64,000 nucleotides of DNA. Origin: Octopus sinensis (Eukaryota). Under the pieces are notes generated by a model. It was not told the origin of the DNA and did not search any database. It was given only the letters and a program-made list of their open reading frames with translations. Below, piece after piece: positions 13,612-26,245 of the stretch. The translations under genes and the position numbers were made by a program. Numbering within the stretch: position 1 is the first letter of the stretch; each line of letters opens with the position of its first letter. The DNA is taken from contig NC_043007.1 in NCBI RefSeq assembly GCF_006345805.1, positions 44,826,001 through 44,890,000 of the forward strand. The letters are read 5' to 3'.

Positions 13612-16600
13612 CAAAACATCCAGACAGATGATACCAAGAAAACAAGGATGGGTCATTCGGAGTTTTCTATCCTCAGTCGAGTTCCAGATTATCTTTGCAA
13701 TTTCAACTGGTTATACTCAAGATTGCTCCAATCTGGCCAGCCTCAAGGAAAAACTAAGCTAAGAGCATTAGATTCCTTGGAAGAAAGCGGTGAATGTATA
13801 TGAAAACAGGTGTCTTTCGACTAAGGACAAATTAAATTAAGCTGGCATATGTGGAAGTAAAGCTTTATGGCAGGGTCATAAGATTTAACAGGTACAGGGA
13901 GGAATATAGATGTTGCATGGATGGTAGTTGAACCAAGAAAGAAAGGTCAGGTGTGTATATGTTTTTGTGTGTGTGTGTGTGTGTGTCTATATGTATATGT
14001 TTTTGTGTGTGTGTGTTTATATATGTATATATTTTTGCATGTGTATGTATGTATATATGTATGTGTATATGTATTTTAATTCTATATCTTTTGTTAGAGA
14101 TTTCTTAACCACATGTGTATAGAACAGATCTGCCATCAATCACAGTATATTACTGTTTTTCTTTCCACTGACCAAACACATGTAGAGCAGGTCTGTAATT
14201 GACTGCAATATATTTCTGGTATTTATTCCAATGAGAAGTGCAGAGGAATAGTCACAGCTGCATTCTGACCATGTCTACCAGGTGCAGCATTTACCCATTA
14301 TTTAAACATAGGTCAGTTGAGAAAAGATTAAAGGCTATATTGCAAGCAAAGGGTGGCCATTTTGAATCATTAGATATGCGTAAAATATTGTCAGTAAAAT
14401 ATAACAGTCAACTTGTAAAATTTCATTAACTAGAATGTACAAATTCTGCTGATATAGACTAGACGGTGGAGAGAATACATGTACAGACTGTCACACTGCA
14501 CCTTGTACAACTAGTCGTTGCATGTTTGAGTGTAGTTTTCAGCTGGGTACAAGCGGTATATATATGTGGGCCAATAGATCTGTAGGTCATACATAGCTAC
14601 AGGGAGTTGCTGCATAACAACAACACATACCTATTTTATTGACCATAAAACAACAAAAAAAAGCATTTTCTGTCTCTTTGAAATTGGAACACATAACATA
14701 AAGAGGAATAGTTAAAACTGCCATTCCATTTTCCTTATAATTTTCAGTGTATTTTAAAATATTTTTTAACTCTTTAGTATTCAGGTTATTCTATCAAATA
14801 CAATACCTTTTTATTCATATTCCTTTGAATTAATCATGCATTATCTTATAGCTTTGAGATTTCAGTGATGTGATGGCTTACTTTTAGAATGACATTGTAG
14901 GGTAGGTGTGAGAGACCAGATCTAGCCTGTTTGAACATAAAACAGGGAGAATATGGCTGGTTTAAATGCTAAAGAGTTGAAAAAGTTAATTTGCACCATC
15001 TTTATATCTTGTTAATCGTATAAACATATAATCCTACTTGATTACTATTTACTAATTTCTATTATAGACAGAACACTGAGTTCCAGTCTGACTGGGCCAA
15101 ATCTATTGAAAAATGAGAATTCAGAACGAGATGGGGTGAGTTTTCCTTTCCTTTTTGAGACATACTTTGAACAATTATCTCCTTGAAGTACATTTCAATT
15201 TATAACTAGGTTCATAGATCACTTAACTGCAAATCAATTGATCCTCTGATCAACTGGTCTCCAGATTAGCAATACCACTGGTCCATAGATCTAGTAGTTC
15301 ACAGATCAACTAGTTTACCAATTCAGTGGACTATGGATCTAAAGGCCTACTAATCCAGTGATTTGCAGATCCACTGGCTCACAGGTTTAGAGATGCAATC
15401 ATTCACAGTTCCACTTGTCCACACATCCATGGATACACTGGTCTGTCCTGAAGTTTACCACATTTTCAAAGAAACATTTAAGAATTGATGTTTCTGCAAT
15501 GAATTTTCAGATGTTTATTAACTAGCAGTATAGCCCGCTGTTGCTTGGGTTTGTTTTTTAGTTGCACTTAAAATGGCAGACTTTGATGTCATGCTAACAA
15601 AGTTTTGACATAGTTTCAATCTTTTTTGAAAAGTAAAACTTTTGCATTATGTAGCTTGTTATTCTCTTTAAGTGGACATTTTTCTGTTTGAAATACATCG
15701 AAAAATGGCGATACAGCAGTAAAAAAATCGTAAAAAATTGGGATTTTCATAGATGTAAATAATTTTTGGTCTTAACATGGTCCGATTTGGATTTTTTCTT
15801 CTATGGAATGAAGAGCAAGCCTTCTTCTATCATACTCTCAATTTTGGTCAACTTGCGCCGCAGAGTCTCGGAAGTGATAGTGTTAGTTGAAGGCTACCAA
15901 ACGTACCACACACACACACACACAGACAATTTCAGCTTTATTTGTATAGATTAATTAATTAATTAATTAATATTCTCTTGGCTGAAATATCTCTAAGTTC
16001 AGCTCTTGGAAAATATGGATGATTAAGGGCTGAAAGTATAACTGAGACATGGATGTTCTGTTAGAACAAACTATCCTTTGGTTCTAATAGAACATTCATG
16101 TTTAAACAGAACATCTAACTGAACATCCATGTTCATGTGGGCATAAATATTACCTCTCCGTATTAATGCTGCCTCTGTTGCTTATATATATTTTGAAAGT
16201 ATAACATGGTCTACTAAATAAGACTAAAGAGTAACATGTAAGATTATAACTTATAAGATTATTTCACCACATGGTTAGTGTTGGTATTTCAATATTTACA
16301 ACTACAGTGTTTCAGTTGGCTTGACCCTTGATCATCATCAGGTGTCTTATTTCTGGTTGTTATACAGTGCCAGATACCATATATATTCAATGCCAATGAA
16401 ATATGTACAGGCTTCAAAGGCATTGTGGGTAAGAATGTTATTACCTTTTGTTTAGAAATAAATATCCTTATTTTGAATTTAGTGTGTTCTTATGCTCTGT
16501 ACATATCCAAGAATAAGACACCTGATGACAAACAGAACTCAAACCATGGTATTATAATTGGTCTTGATCCTTTGAAGCCATTAGGCGAGAGATTATTGTG

Positions 16601-19230
16601 GTTTCTGTGGCATTTAAGCAACAGAGTACAACATTGTTCCCACCCTTATGGGACACCAGTCTATTACAGGGTTAACCCTTCCACAAGCTGGTGGTGGTGG
16701 TGGGCTGAAGCAATGTGTAAAGAAGCACCTTGTTCAAGAAACAACTTGCAATCCAGTCTGATTATTGAACCTGTAATCTGATGCTCAGCATTCAAATCGT
16801 ATACATTGTGTAGAGGTAAATTCAGCTCTGAAGATAAGGTTACTAGTTTGGAAAGTTATCTTACCATTTTTGTTATCGAACCAAATTCGACGACTGGCAC
16901 CCATACCAACCTCCCTTCATTGGACACTAAACTCTTCTTGCAAAGACCTGTTGGGGCAAGTGAAATCGAAATTGAACCAAATTCGATGACTGGTACCTGT
17001 GTCAGTGGAGCACTAACAGCTCCATCCAAGCGGGATCACTGCCCGAGTGGCTGTCTGGCTTCTGTGCTGGTGGCACATAAAAAGCACCATTTGAGCATGA
17101 TTGTTACCAGCGTCGTCTTACTGGCACTTGTGCTGGTGGCACATGAACAAAACATTTGAGTGAGGTTGTTGCCAGTGCCGCTGGACTGACTCCTGTGCAG
17201 GTGACACGTAAAAACCACCGAGTGTGGCCATTGTCAGTACCACCAGACTGGCCCTCGTGCTGGTGGCATGTAAAATCACCCACTGCACTCTTGGAGCAGT
17301 TGGCATTAGGAAGGGCATCCAGCTGTAGAAATCTGCCAGATCAGATTGGAGCCTGGTGCAGCCATCTGGTTCGCCAGTCCTCAGTCAAATCGTCCACTAG
17401 CATGGATATTAAATGATGATGATTTCTGTTGAAATACACTACCTTTGTGTGAATTAATCCTGAATGAAATGAAAGATTTGGTAAAATAACTTGGTCATTA
17501 TTAATCTACTGTAAAGCAGCAAGATGGCAGAATCATTAACATGCCAAACAAAATGCTTAGTAGCATTTCATCCACTTTTATGTTCTGAGTGCAAATTCCA
17601 TGGAGGTCATCTTTGCTGTTCATCCTTGGGGAGTCAATAAAATTGATACCCCTTCGGTCATGACTGACTGTGAGATTGCACCTAGAAAGTTACCCTCCTA
17701 GGCACAAGTCTGGGCTAGGTTGTTTATGGAAGACCAGCAGTCGCCCATGCATACCGGCCTCCTCTCTCCACGCCACCAGTGTTATCCAAGGGAAAGGCAA
17801 CAGCAGATACAGCTTGGCACCTGTGACATCGCAGCTCTGGAGCAATGTGAAATCAAGTGCTTGCTCAAGAACACAACACGCAGCCCAGTCTGGGATTCAA
17901 ACTCACAACCTCACTATTGTAAGCTCGATGCACTAACCACTGAGCCATGCGCCTTCACTAAAATAAAATGAATACCAATACGTCAGTAAAATAGATACCA
18001 GTTAAATACTGGGGTCAATGTAACTGACTTCCTTTACCCTCAAAATCTGCTGGTTCTATATAAAAATTGGAAACCTTTATTAACCTGGTACTTGGAACAT
18101 AAATTTACATACAATTTTGTTGGAAGATTTTAATATAGCTCACTTCAAAGCAGGAGGTTTAATAGGTCCAAGGGTGGTTGCTGGTGGGTTGGTAACAAAA
18201 GGGTTAATAAATCATTTTGGACATTTAAACATTTGATATTAAGAAATGAAAGGTATTTAGTAAATTTATATATTGTAATCATTTGGAGTTATTTATTGAA
18301 ATTCTTCAGCAATTGTTGAATCACTGCTTTGATGATATTGAGAAGTTTGTGGCCCGGCTACAAAAGGCTGCAGAGTCCTACAAGGAACTGGAAAGGTTGA
18401 AGAAAGATAAAGGAGGGAAAGAAAAAAGAGGACGACAAGAAATGGGTGAGTGTGTGTTCTACTGTTTTGCACTACTTTACATTCACTCTACTGCATGATT
18501 GAGTTACACTTGTGATAAATTGTCTGCTACATCACACACTTTGCGCTATGTTACTTGTGACAAAATATACAATTTGGTTGGTATCAGTGTTTTCTTCATA
18601 TCATATTCTTGCCTGTTATGCTATTTGTTCTTTGTCACATTTCACAGTTTAATGCTATTGTGTCACATTGTCTGCATTGTGATTACCCCTACCATGTTAT
18701 AAGTTTGTACTGTGTCACATTTTAATGTATGTTATTGTACCACTGTATTGTGTAATAGATTTGATGGTGTTGTGTCAGTATCTTTCATGTGCCATTCTCT
18801 GCCCTGTCACATTGTTTATATTGTTAAAATTTACATTGTTTTTTCTACAAACTTTTGCCATGTTAGACTGTTTGTATTGTGTCACACTTTACACTTTGAC
18901 TGCATTATGTTACACTCTTTGCATTGTGTTACACTTTTCTGTGTGTTACACTTTTCTGTGTGTTACACTTACATCATTAAGAGAAGTTATGATTTGAATG
19001 GATATATATATATATATATATATATATGTGACCATGTGTGTATCGTTGGCGATTTTTTTTTTCCTCCGTCTCCCCTTCCTTGGATCTTTCCTTTTCCTAT
19101 GTTTCTGATGAAGAGCTCCTCTCGAAACATTAGATTCTCCTTTCTTTCCTTTCCTGAGTGTCCAATAACACTATACTTGTTCCACACCCTCATGTTGTTG
19201 TGTTTTCTCTTTGTGTTTTCACGTTTGGAT

Positions 19231-19276
<46 letters not shown>

Positions 19277-22200
19277 TATATATATATATAATATGGGTGG
19301 CTAATTAGCAATTTTACAACCCAAAGGCAAAAATATATACGTCACTAAAGTGAACAAGGGCAGCCTTCACAATGATTGCCTTGAAGCCACTTCAATAGCA
19401 GGTGAACAAGAAGGAATGCACTTACTAATATCTCACATGCAGCTGGCTCCTAATAACTCCAACCTTCATTTTCAAATTTGTTCTGTTCCCTGTAAGGCTG
19501 TCCTACTCTCTGACAGTAAATAAAGCACAGGGACAACATTTAACAAAACTGTAAATAATAAACGTTTAATCAATACATATAAATAAGTTTTATCATTTTA
19601 GTACATTTTTCATTTCCTTAAGCTATAAACTACTTCATATCTGTCAAATGTATTACATGGAGGTAGTTAAGCAATACCTTATTAAATGACAAGGTATCAA
19701 AAGAATTTTTTGAAACTCTTTCCTTGTGTTTAATATACTAACAATGTTTTCAAATGTGCTGATTTATACTATGAGTCCTGCTAGTATGATAGTATTGTGT
19801 CACAGTCTTTGTAGTGTGATTCCCACCTCCTTTGTATTGTGTCACCTAATTGTCACACTTTTACTATATTAGTATTGTTTTTGTTTCTATACTAGAAATC
19901 ACTAGTTTTCATATATTCTGCGAGTATGGGAGTCAACTGTGGACATATTTTTAGTTAATTCTGGCTTCATCAACAAATCTTAGCTGTTGCTACACCTGTT
20001 CTAAGTTAGCCTTGTGTCTAAGTAGGAAACCGTTATTTAAATTATGATCAATATTGACGTGTTATATTCATTTGCTCAAACATTTTCATTTCTATTCTCA
20101 TTACAGAAGAAAAACTGACAATGAGTGCTCTACCACCCAAGCCACAAGATTTTGTGGATATATTTCAAAAGTTCAAATTGTCCTTCAACTTATTGGTAAG
20201 GCTTTTCTTGGTGCTTTATTTCCTAGTTTTGTTAATTTCTTCTATTTTTTCTTTCTTTTACTTTCATCAACCTTTTTCTTCCTTCTCATTTTTTTAAAAA
20301 TTCTTGCTTCAATTGTCCATCTTCTTGCTGTTGTTGACCAAGAAGAGTGTAGTAAAGAGCTAAACTGAATACCTTTCAGTTTTTAGTCTTATACTACAGG
20401 AAATCAACCTTTTTTTTTTCATTAGTCTCTAATCAATAAAGTGAGTAAAAGTCATATACTAGTATTGTTTGAATCAATTCCCTTACAAATCTCACCTTGT
20501 GCATAAATCAAAAACCATTTTTTCTAGTTGTTATTTAGCTTTGCCTTTCATAAACTTTAGAAGCAAAGTGCCAGTTAAATATTGGGGTCCTAGTCCATCC
20601 ATAAAACTTGTGGTTTCAAAATTTCTAGTCTTTTGACATTGTTAGATATCATTATTACATGATATAGCGGCAATGGAAGTTAAAATTCCATTAAGCAGTT
20701 CACATTTTTGTGGCATTCCCTTGACAAGTAGAAATAAGGTATTTACCATGAATCCAACATGCATGGAACAGTGAGTGACAAACATGAATGTTTTGAATCT
20801 ACTACAAGATCTGGACATCTGGTAGCTGATGGAAGGTATTGTCTTTGTGAGAGGGGACACAATCTTGGACCTTTTTAAGTAATTCCAGGAAAACTAATCT
20901 GGAATTAATGTAGAAGCCTTGATCTAGGTAATTGTATGCAGTTTTTTCAGTAGCTTTTTGCTCCACTATTTCCATCAACATTTTGTTCAACTCTTTAATC
21001 TCAAATATGGCAATATTAATACAGATATTATCAGTTTGAGATAAACACTACAGACTTGCCTAAGATGTGTACAGAATGACAAGATCATTCTGCAGGTACT
21101 CATTTTACAAGAGTGCATTGCCTGTACAATTGTTTTGAAAAGCTGTCCATCAAGTCTGTTGTGAGCATCTCCCTATTACTTTTCTTTGGTTGTTTTCCTC
21201 TGATAGCTCTGGCAAAAGCAAGTGTATTATAGACATGATTGAAAAGATTGTAGGCAGACATTTTTCATTATAGCCAAGCTGTCATCAGTCCTGCTTGGAG
21301 AGGGAGGTGATTGGAGTTGCTGCCCTTCACTCCATTCATTGAGGTGTGAATGTGAGTGGTAAAACTGGCCTATGTGAGTGAACATAAATTCAGGGTGTGC
21401 CTGTAAGCCAGAGTATACAGCTGGGAGATGTCATTTGTCCTTAGGTGTCAAGTTAATCCTGGATCAGTGGTTTTCCATCATCATCAAGGTGATGAGCTGG
21501 CAGAATTGTTAGCATGCTGGGCAAAATGCTTAGCAGCATTTTTTCTGTCTTTGTATTCTGGGCTCGAATTCCACTAAAGTTGACTTTACTTTCATCCTTT
21601 CGGGGTCAATGAAATAAGTACCAGATCAGTACTGGATTGATGTAATTGACTGGCCCCCACCCTGCAAATTTCATCCTTTTGCTTATAGTAGAAAGGATTG
21701 TTGTTGTTGTTATTATTATTATTATTCTATGTTTGACTTTTGCTTTACATTTGCACAAGCTGGCTCCAAGTCTCACCCAGAGACCTCAAGAGACAACAAG
21801 TTGGAAGTTCGGGTTGGTGTTTTGCCCAGGGTGCCATATATTTGGTTTTGTACTTAGTGTTGTACTAATGAATGTGTAAAAAAAACCATACGAAAATTAT
21901 GTTTGTTTTAAAACTTGAGATTACATGGAAAGTATTTTGCGTAGGATATGAGCAGTTCCCATGAGCACCATCTTTTGAATTTCTGCCATTTTTGGGTTTC
22001 CTGGTATCTGAGTTAGGTAACAATCAGCCCCTTTTGCTATCATTCCCAGGGCACCTATGACAACAGGTATTGTTTTAGTCTTCAGGTTCCACATTTTGCT
22101 GATTTCTATTTCCAGATCTTTATATTTGCTCAGTTTCGGGTAGGTCTTGACAGATACGTTTTTATCGATTGGGACAGTCATATCAATGAGGAGGCATGTT

Positions 22201-22522
22201 TTTTGTCTGAAGTCTTTTACTATGATGTCTGGCCTATTTGCATCTGTCTTTCTGTCAGTTTGAATGGTGAAGTTCCAGAGGAGTGAGATGTGGTCATTTT
22301 CAAGCACTGGAGGTGGTTTGTGTTCCCACCATTTTTTATCATGGGGCAAGTCCAGGCTTTTGCAAATTACCCAGTGAATATATTGTGCAGCTCTATCATG
22401 CCTGTTGAGTTACTCTAAGGCAACGAGCCGGCAGAATTGTTTGCACATCAGGAAAAATGCTTAGAGGCATTTCTTTTGAGTTTAAATTCTGCTGAGTTAG
22501 AATAGTTGGAATGCTGGACAAA

Positions 22523-22560
<38 letters not shown>

Positions 22561-24034
22561 GATGGTGAGCTGACAGAATCATTAGCACGCTGGATGAATG
22601 CTTAGCGGTATTTTGCCCATTGCTATGTTCTGAGTTCAAATTCCACTGTGGTTGACTTTGCCTTTCATCCTTTCAAGGTCATTAAATTAAGAACCAGTGA
22701 AACACCCGGGTCGATGTAATCGACTATCCTCCTCCCCCAAAATTTCAGGCCTTGTGCTTATAGTAGAAAGGATTATTATTGTTAAGGCAGCAAGCTGGCA
22801 GAATTGTTAAGGCACTAGACAAAATGCTTAGTAGCATTTCTTCTGGCTTTACATTCTGAGTTCAAATGTTGCCAAGGTTGACTTTGCCTTTCATCCTTTT
22901 GGGGCCAGTAAAATAAAGTACCAGTTAAGCACTGGGGTTGATATAATGACTAAACTCCTTTCTCAGAATTCAGGCTTTGTACCTTAAATTGTTTGGTAGG
23001 ATTGTAGAGCATTGACCAAAATGTAATGCATTGCAGTAGTTAATTCACTATTTTCCTCTCATTCTGGTCTAATGACCCTCCGTGTTTGTTTTCATTTGGT
23101 TTCCTTGTATGTCACCACTGTCATGTTTTTGTCCCCAACATTGACCCTCCATAAGTGCTAAATTTTATTTTAGAATTTATGGAAGCAACTGTTTTTGAAA
23201 ACTCATATTGTCGTTGAATGTTCAAAATGAGGAATAGATAGACAGCCAACAACTGATGACAGGTCCTTTCTCTGTGTTTACTTGTCCTGTTCTCCATTTT
23301 TTCTCGTTGTTTACATATTTAATTCGTTTGTTTACATATTTCATGTTTGAACTGTTGGTGATGTTCTGTACACATATATGCATGCATGCATATATATATA
23401 TATATATATTATTTTCTATTTATTATAACTTTACCTGTTTTTTACTCATAATAAAGTAGCTTTCTTCTTTCATTGTTTCTGCTGCAGGCTAAGCTAAAAG
23501 GTCACATCCATGACCCAAATGCACCAGAACTTGTGCATTTCATTTTCACACCCCTCAGCCTCATCTATGAGGCAAGTCGAGATCCAACCCATGGTAACCG
23601 TAATTTAGCTGCCAATGTTTATTCTCCAATGCTCACTGCTGAAGCAAAAGAACTGCTACTGAACTGCTTGACATCTAAAGAGGTAGACTTGTGGATGTCT
23701 TTTGGAGAAGGATGGACTACAAGCCGGTAATGCTTGATTTTACTTTATTTATTGTATATTTACATGTTCAGATTTGGTTGTGTGGTTTAAAAAGTTCATG
23801 TCCTGACAATGTGGTTTTAGGTTCAATCTCACTAGATGCATATGTGTATATCTGTGTGTGTGTATGTATGTACGTGTGTATATATATATATATATAAGTG
23901 CAGGAGTGGCTGTGTGGTAAGTAGCTTGCTTAACAACCACATGGTTTCAGGTTCAGTTCCACTGCATGGCACTTTGTGCAAGTGTTTTCTACTAGCTTTG
24001 TGATTAGATTTGGTAGATGGAAACTGAAAGCTAC

Positions 24035-24086
<52 letters not shown>

Positions 24087-25303
24087 TGTGTGTCTGTGTT
24101 TGTCCCACCCAACATCGCTTGATAACTGATGCTGGTGCGTTTATGTCCCAATAACTAGTGGTTCAGCAAAAGATACCATTAGAATAAGTACTAGGCTTAC
24201 AAAGAATAAGTCCTGGGGATAATTTGCTCGACTAAAAAAGACAGTGCCCCAGAATGGCTGCAGTCAAATGATTGAAACAAGTGAAAGAGTAAAAGAGAAT
24301 ATAAAAGGTAAAGACCCCCTACTTCACTCATGAATGACTGTGGGATTGCTCTTACAGAGTTCCCCTCCAAGGCATAAGTCCGGGCAAGGTTGTTTATTGT
24401 TTAAGGGAGATCAACAGTCACCCATGCATACCACCTTCCCCTCTCCACGCCTCTGAAGTTATCCAAGGGAAAGCAAAGGCTGATACAGTTTGGCACCAAT
24501 GATGTCGCAACTCATTTCTAGAGCTGAGTCAGTTAGAGCAACATGAAATAAAGTTTCTTGCTCAAGAACATAACACACAGCCTGGTCTGCTCAAGAACAT
24601 AACACACTACCTAATTGGTTTTGAGCCTGATGCTCTAATCACTGAGCCATGCACCTTCAAAACTGGGAAAAAACTTTTGGCATGGATAAAATAATATTTT
24701 TTGGTCAGCCTGAAGCTCTAGCAGAATATACTTGCCCAAGGTGTCATGCAGAGGGACTGAACTCAGAGCCATTTGGTTGTGAAGCAAGCTTCTTACCATG
24801 CTGGCATGCCTGCACACGCATGCACACACACACACACACACACACAGAGTGTAATTTAAACATTAAATCGCATGAAATATATCCAGTATTTAGGACTCCA
24901 TGTGTATACCTGTTTGTGTTAGTGTATATGTATTATCATTATTATTATGAGTCCAGAGTTTCACAGAAAATAATGCAGAAAATGAAAGAAAACATTTCTT
25001 ATATTTTATTTCAGGGAAGATTACAAAGGATACGTACCACCATACACACCTCGTTTCTACAATGGCTGGCACCCAGCACCATCAGCAGATGACTATGCAC
25101 CACCACAACAACAACAAGGAGTACCGAAGATCCAAACACCAGGGGTATGTTTACATTTATTTTTCTTTGCAGCTGTTCTTTATAAGCAATCATTGTAATA
25201 TCAAAGGCATCATAACAATATGTTATGAGGATGCATGTATATATGCATGGATAAACAATCTTGTATACATACCTACATATCGTCATAATTGTATATATGT
25301 ATT

Positions 25304-25356
<53 letters not shown>

Positions 25357-26212
25357 TGGATTAACGTCCGTTTTCCATGCTGGCATGGGTTGGATGGTTT
25401 AACTGAGCTCTGGAGAGCCAGCGTCTGCACTAGGCGCTCCATTCTGGTCTGGCAGAGTTTCTACAGCTGAATGCTCTTTCTAATGCCAACCACTCCGAGA
25501 GCATAGTGGATGCTTTTTACATACCACTGGCACAGGAGCCAATGAGTGGAAACTCACATCGCCCTACATCGGTTGGTACTTTTTACGTTCCACCGGCACA
25601 CATACAGTTAAATATATGTCTGGTCATAGAGTGACAAATGGTTTTGCATCCATGAGGTGCTCAACTTTATAGACAATTTGTCAGACTCTAATGGTGGAGA
25701 CTGATGGGTCATCTATAAAGCTACGCACTTTATGAATGTGAAACTGCGTGTAAATACATTACTGCTTTGTCTTTTAGAGTGTACTTCTTTTTCAGACAAA
25801 TGAACCACTGATGATACGCATACATATATATGAACATGTCTAGATGTGTAACTATATGCATGAGTATACATACATAAAATATACAAATCTGCACATACTT
25901 ATGTACATACACACGTACATATATGCTCGTAAATATGTCCTCATGCATGCATGTATAATACATTCATGTATGTATATGTGTGTTTATATATATATATATA
26001 TTATATATATATATATATAAAGTTAATCCAAACAAGAAAAACAAAAACAAAAAAGACAACAACGCAAAAGGTGGAACAATTAAAGTATTATTAGGCACTC
26101 AGGAAAAAAGGGAAGAAGGAGGGTATGACGTTTCGAGCGGAGCTCTTTGTCGGAAACATAAGAGAAAGAAAGATCCCGAGGTGGGAGGACGGAGGGAAAA
26201 AAAAACGCGAGT

Positions 26213-26245
<33 letters not shown>

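Noticed and set aside
13605-13860. TA-abutting repeat suspected to carry an HHR
   Set aside because: Neither strand gives a CUGANGA...GAAA core with paired helices; left unclassified.
25070-25100. PSADDY as an intramolecular PxxDY ligand for the EPS8 SH3
   Set aside because: Spacing is PxxxDY, not PxxDY.
25695-25755. CTGATGG...CTTTATGAATGT-GAAAC-TGCGTG as another hammerhead
   Set aside because: Core position 9 is wrong, there is no NUH triplet and no helix I; possibly a relic but not supportable.
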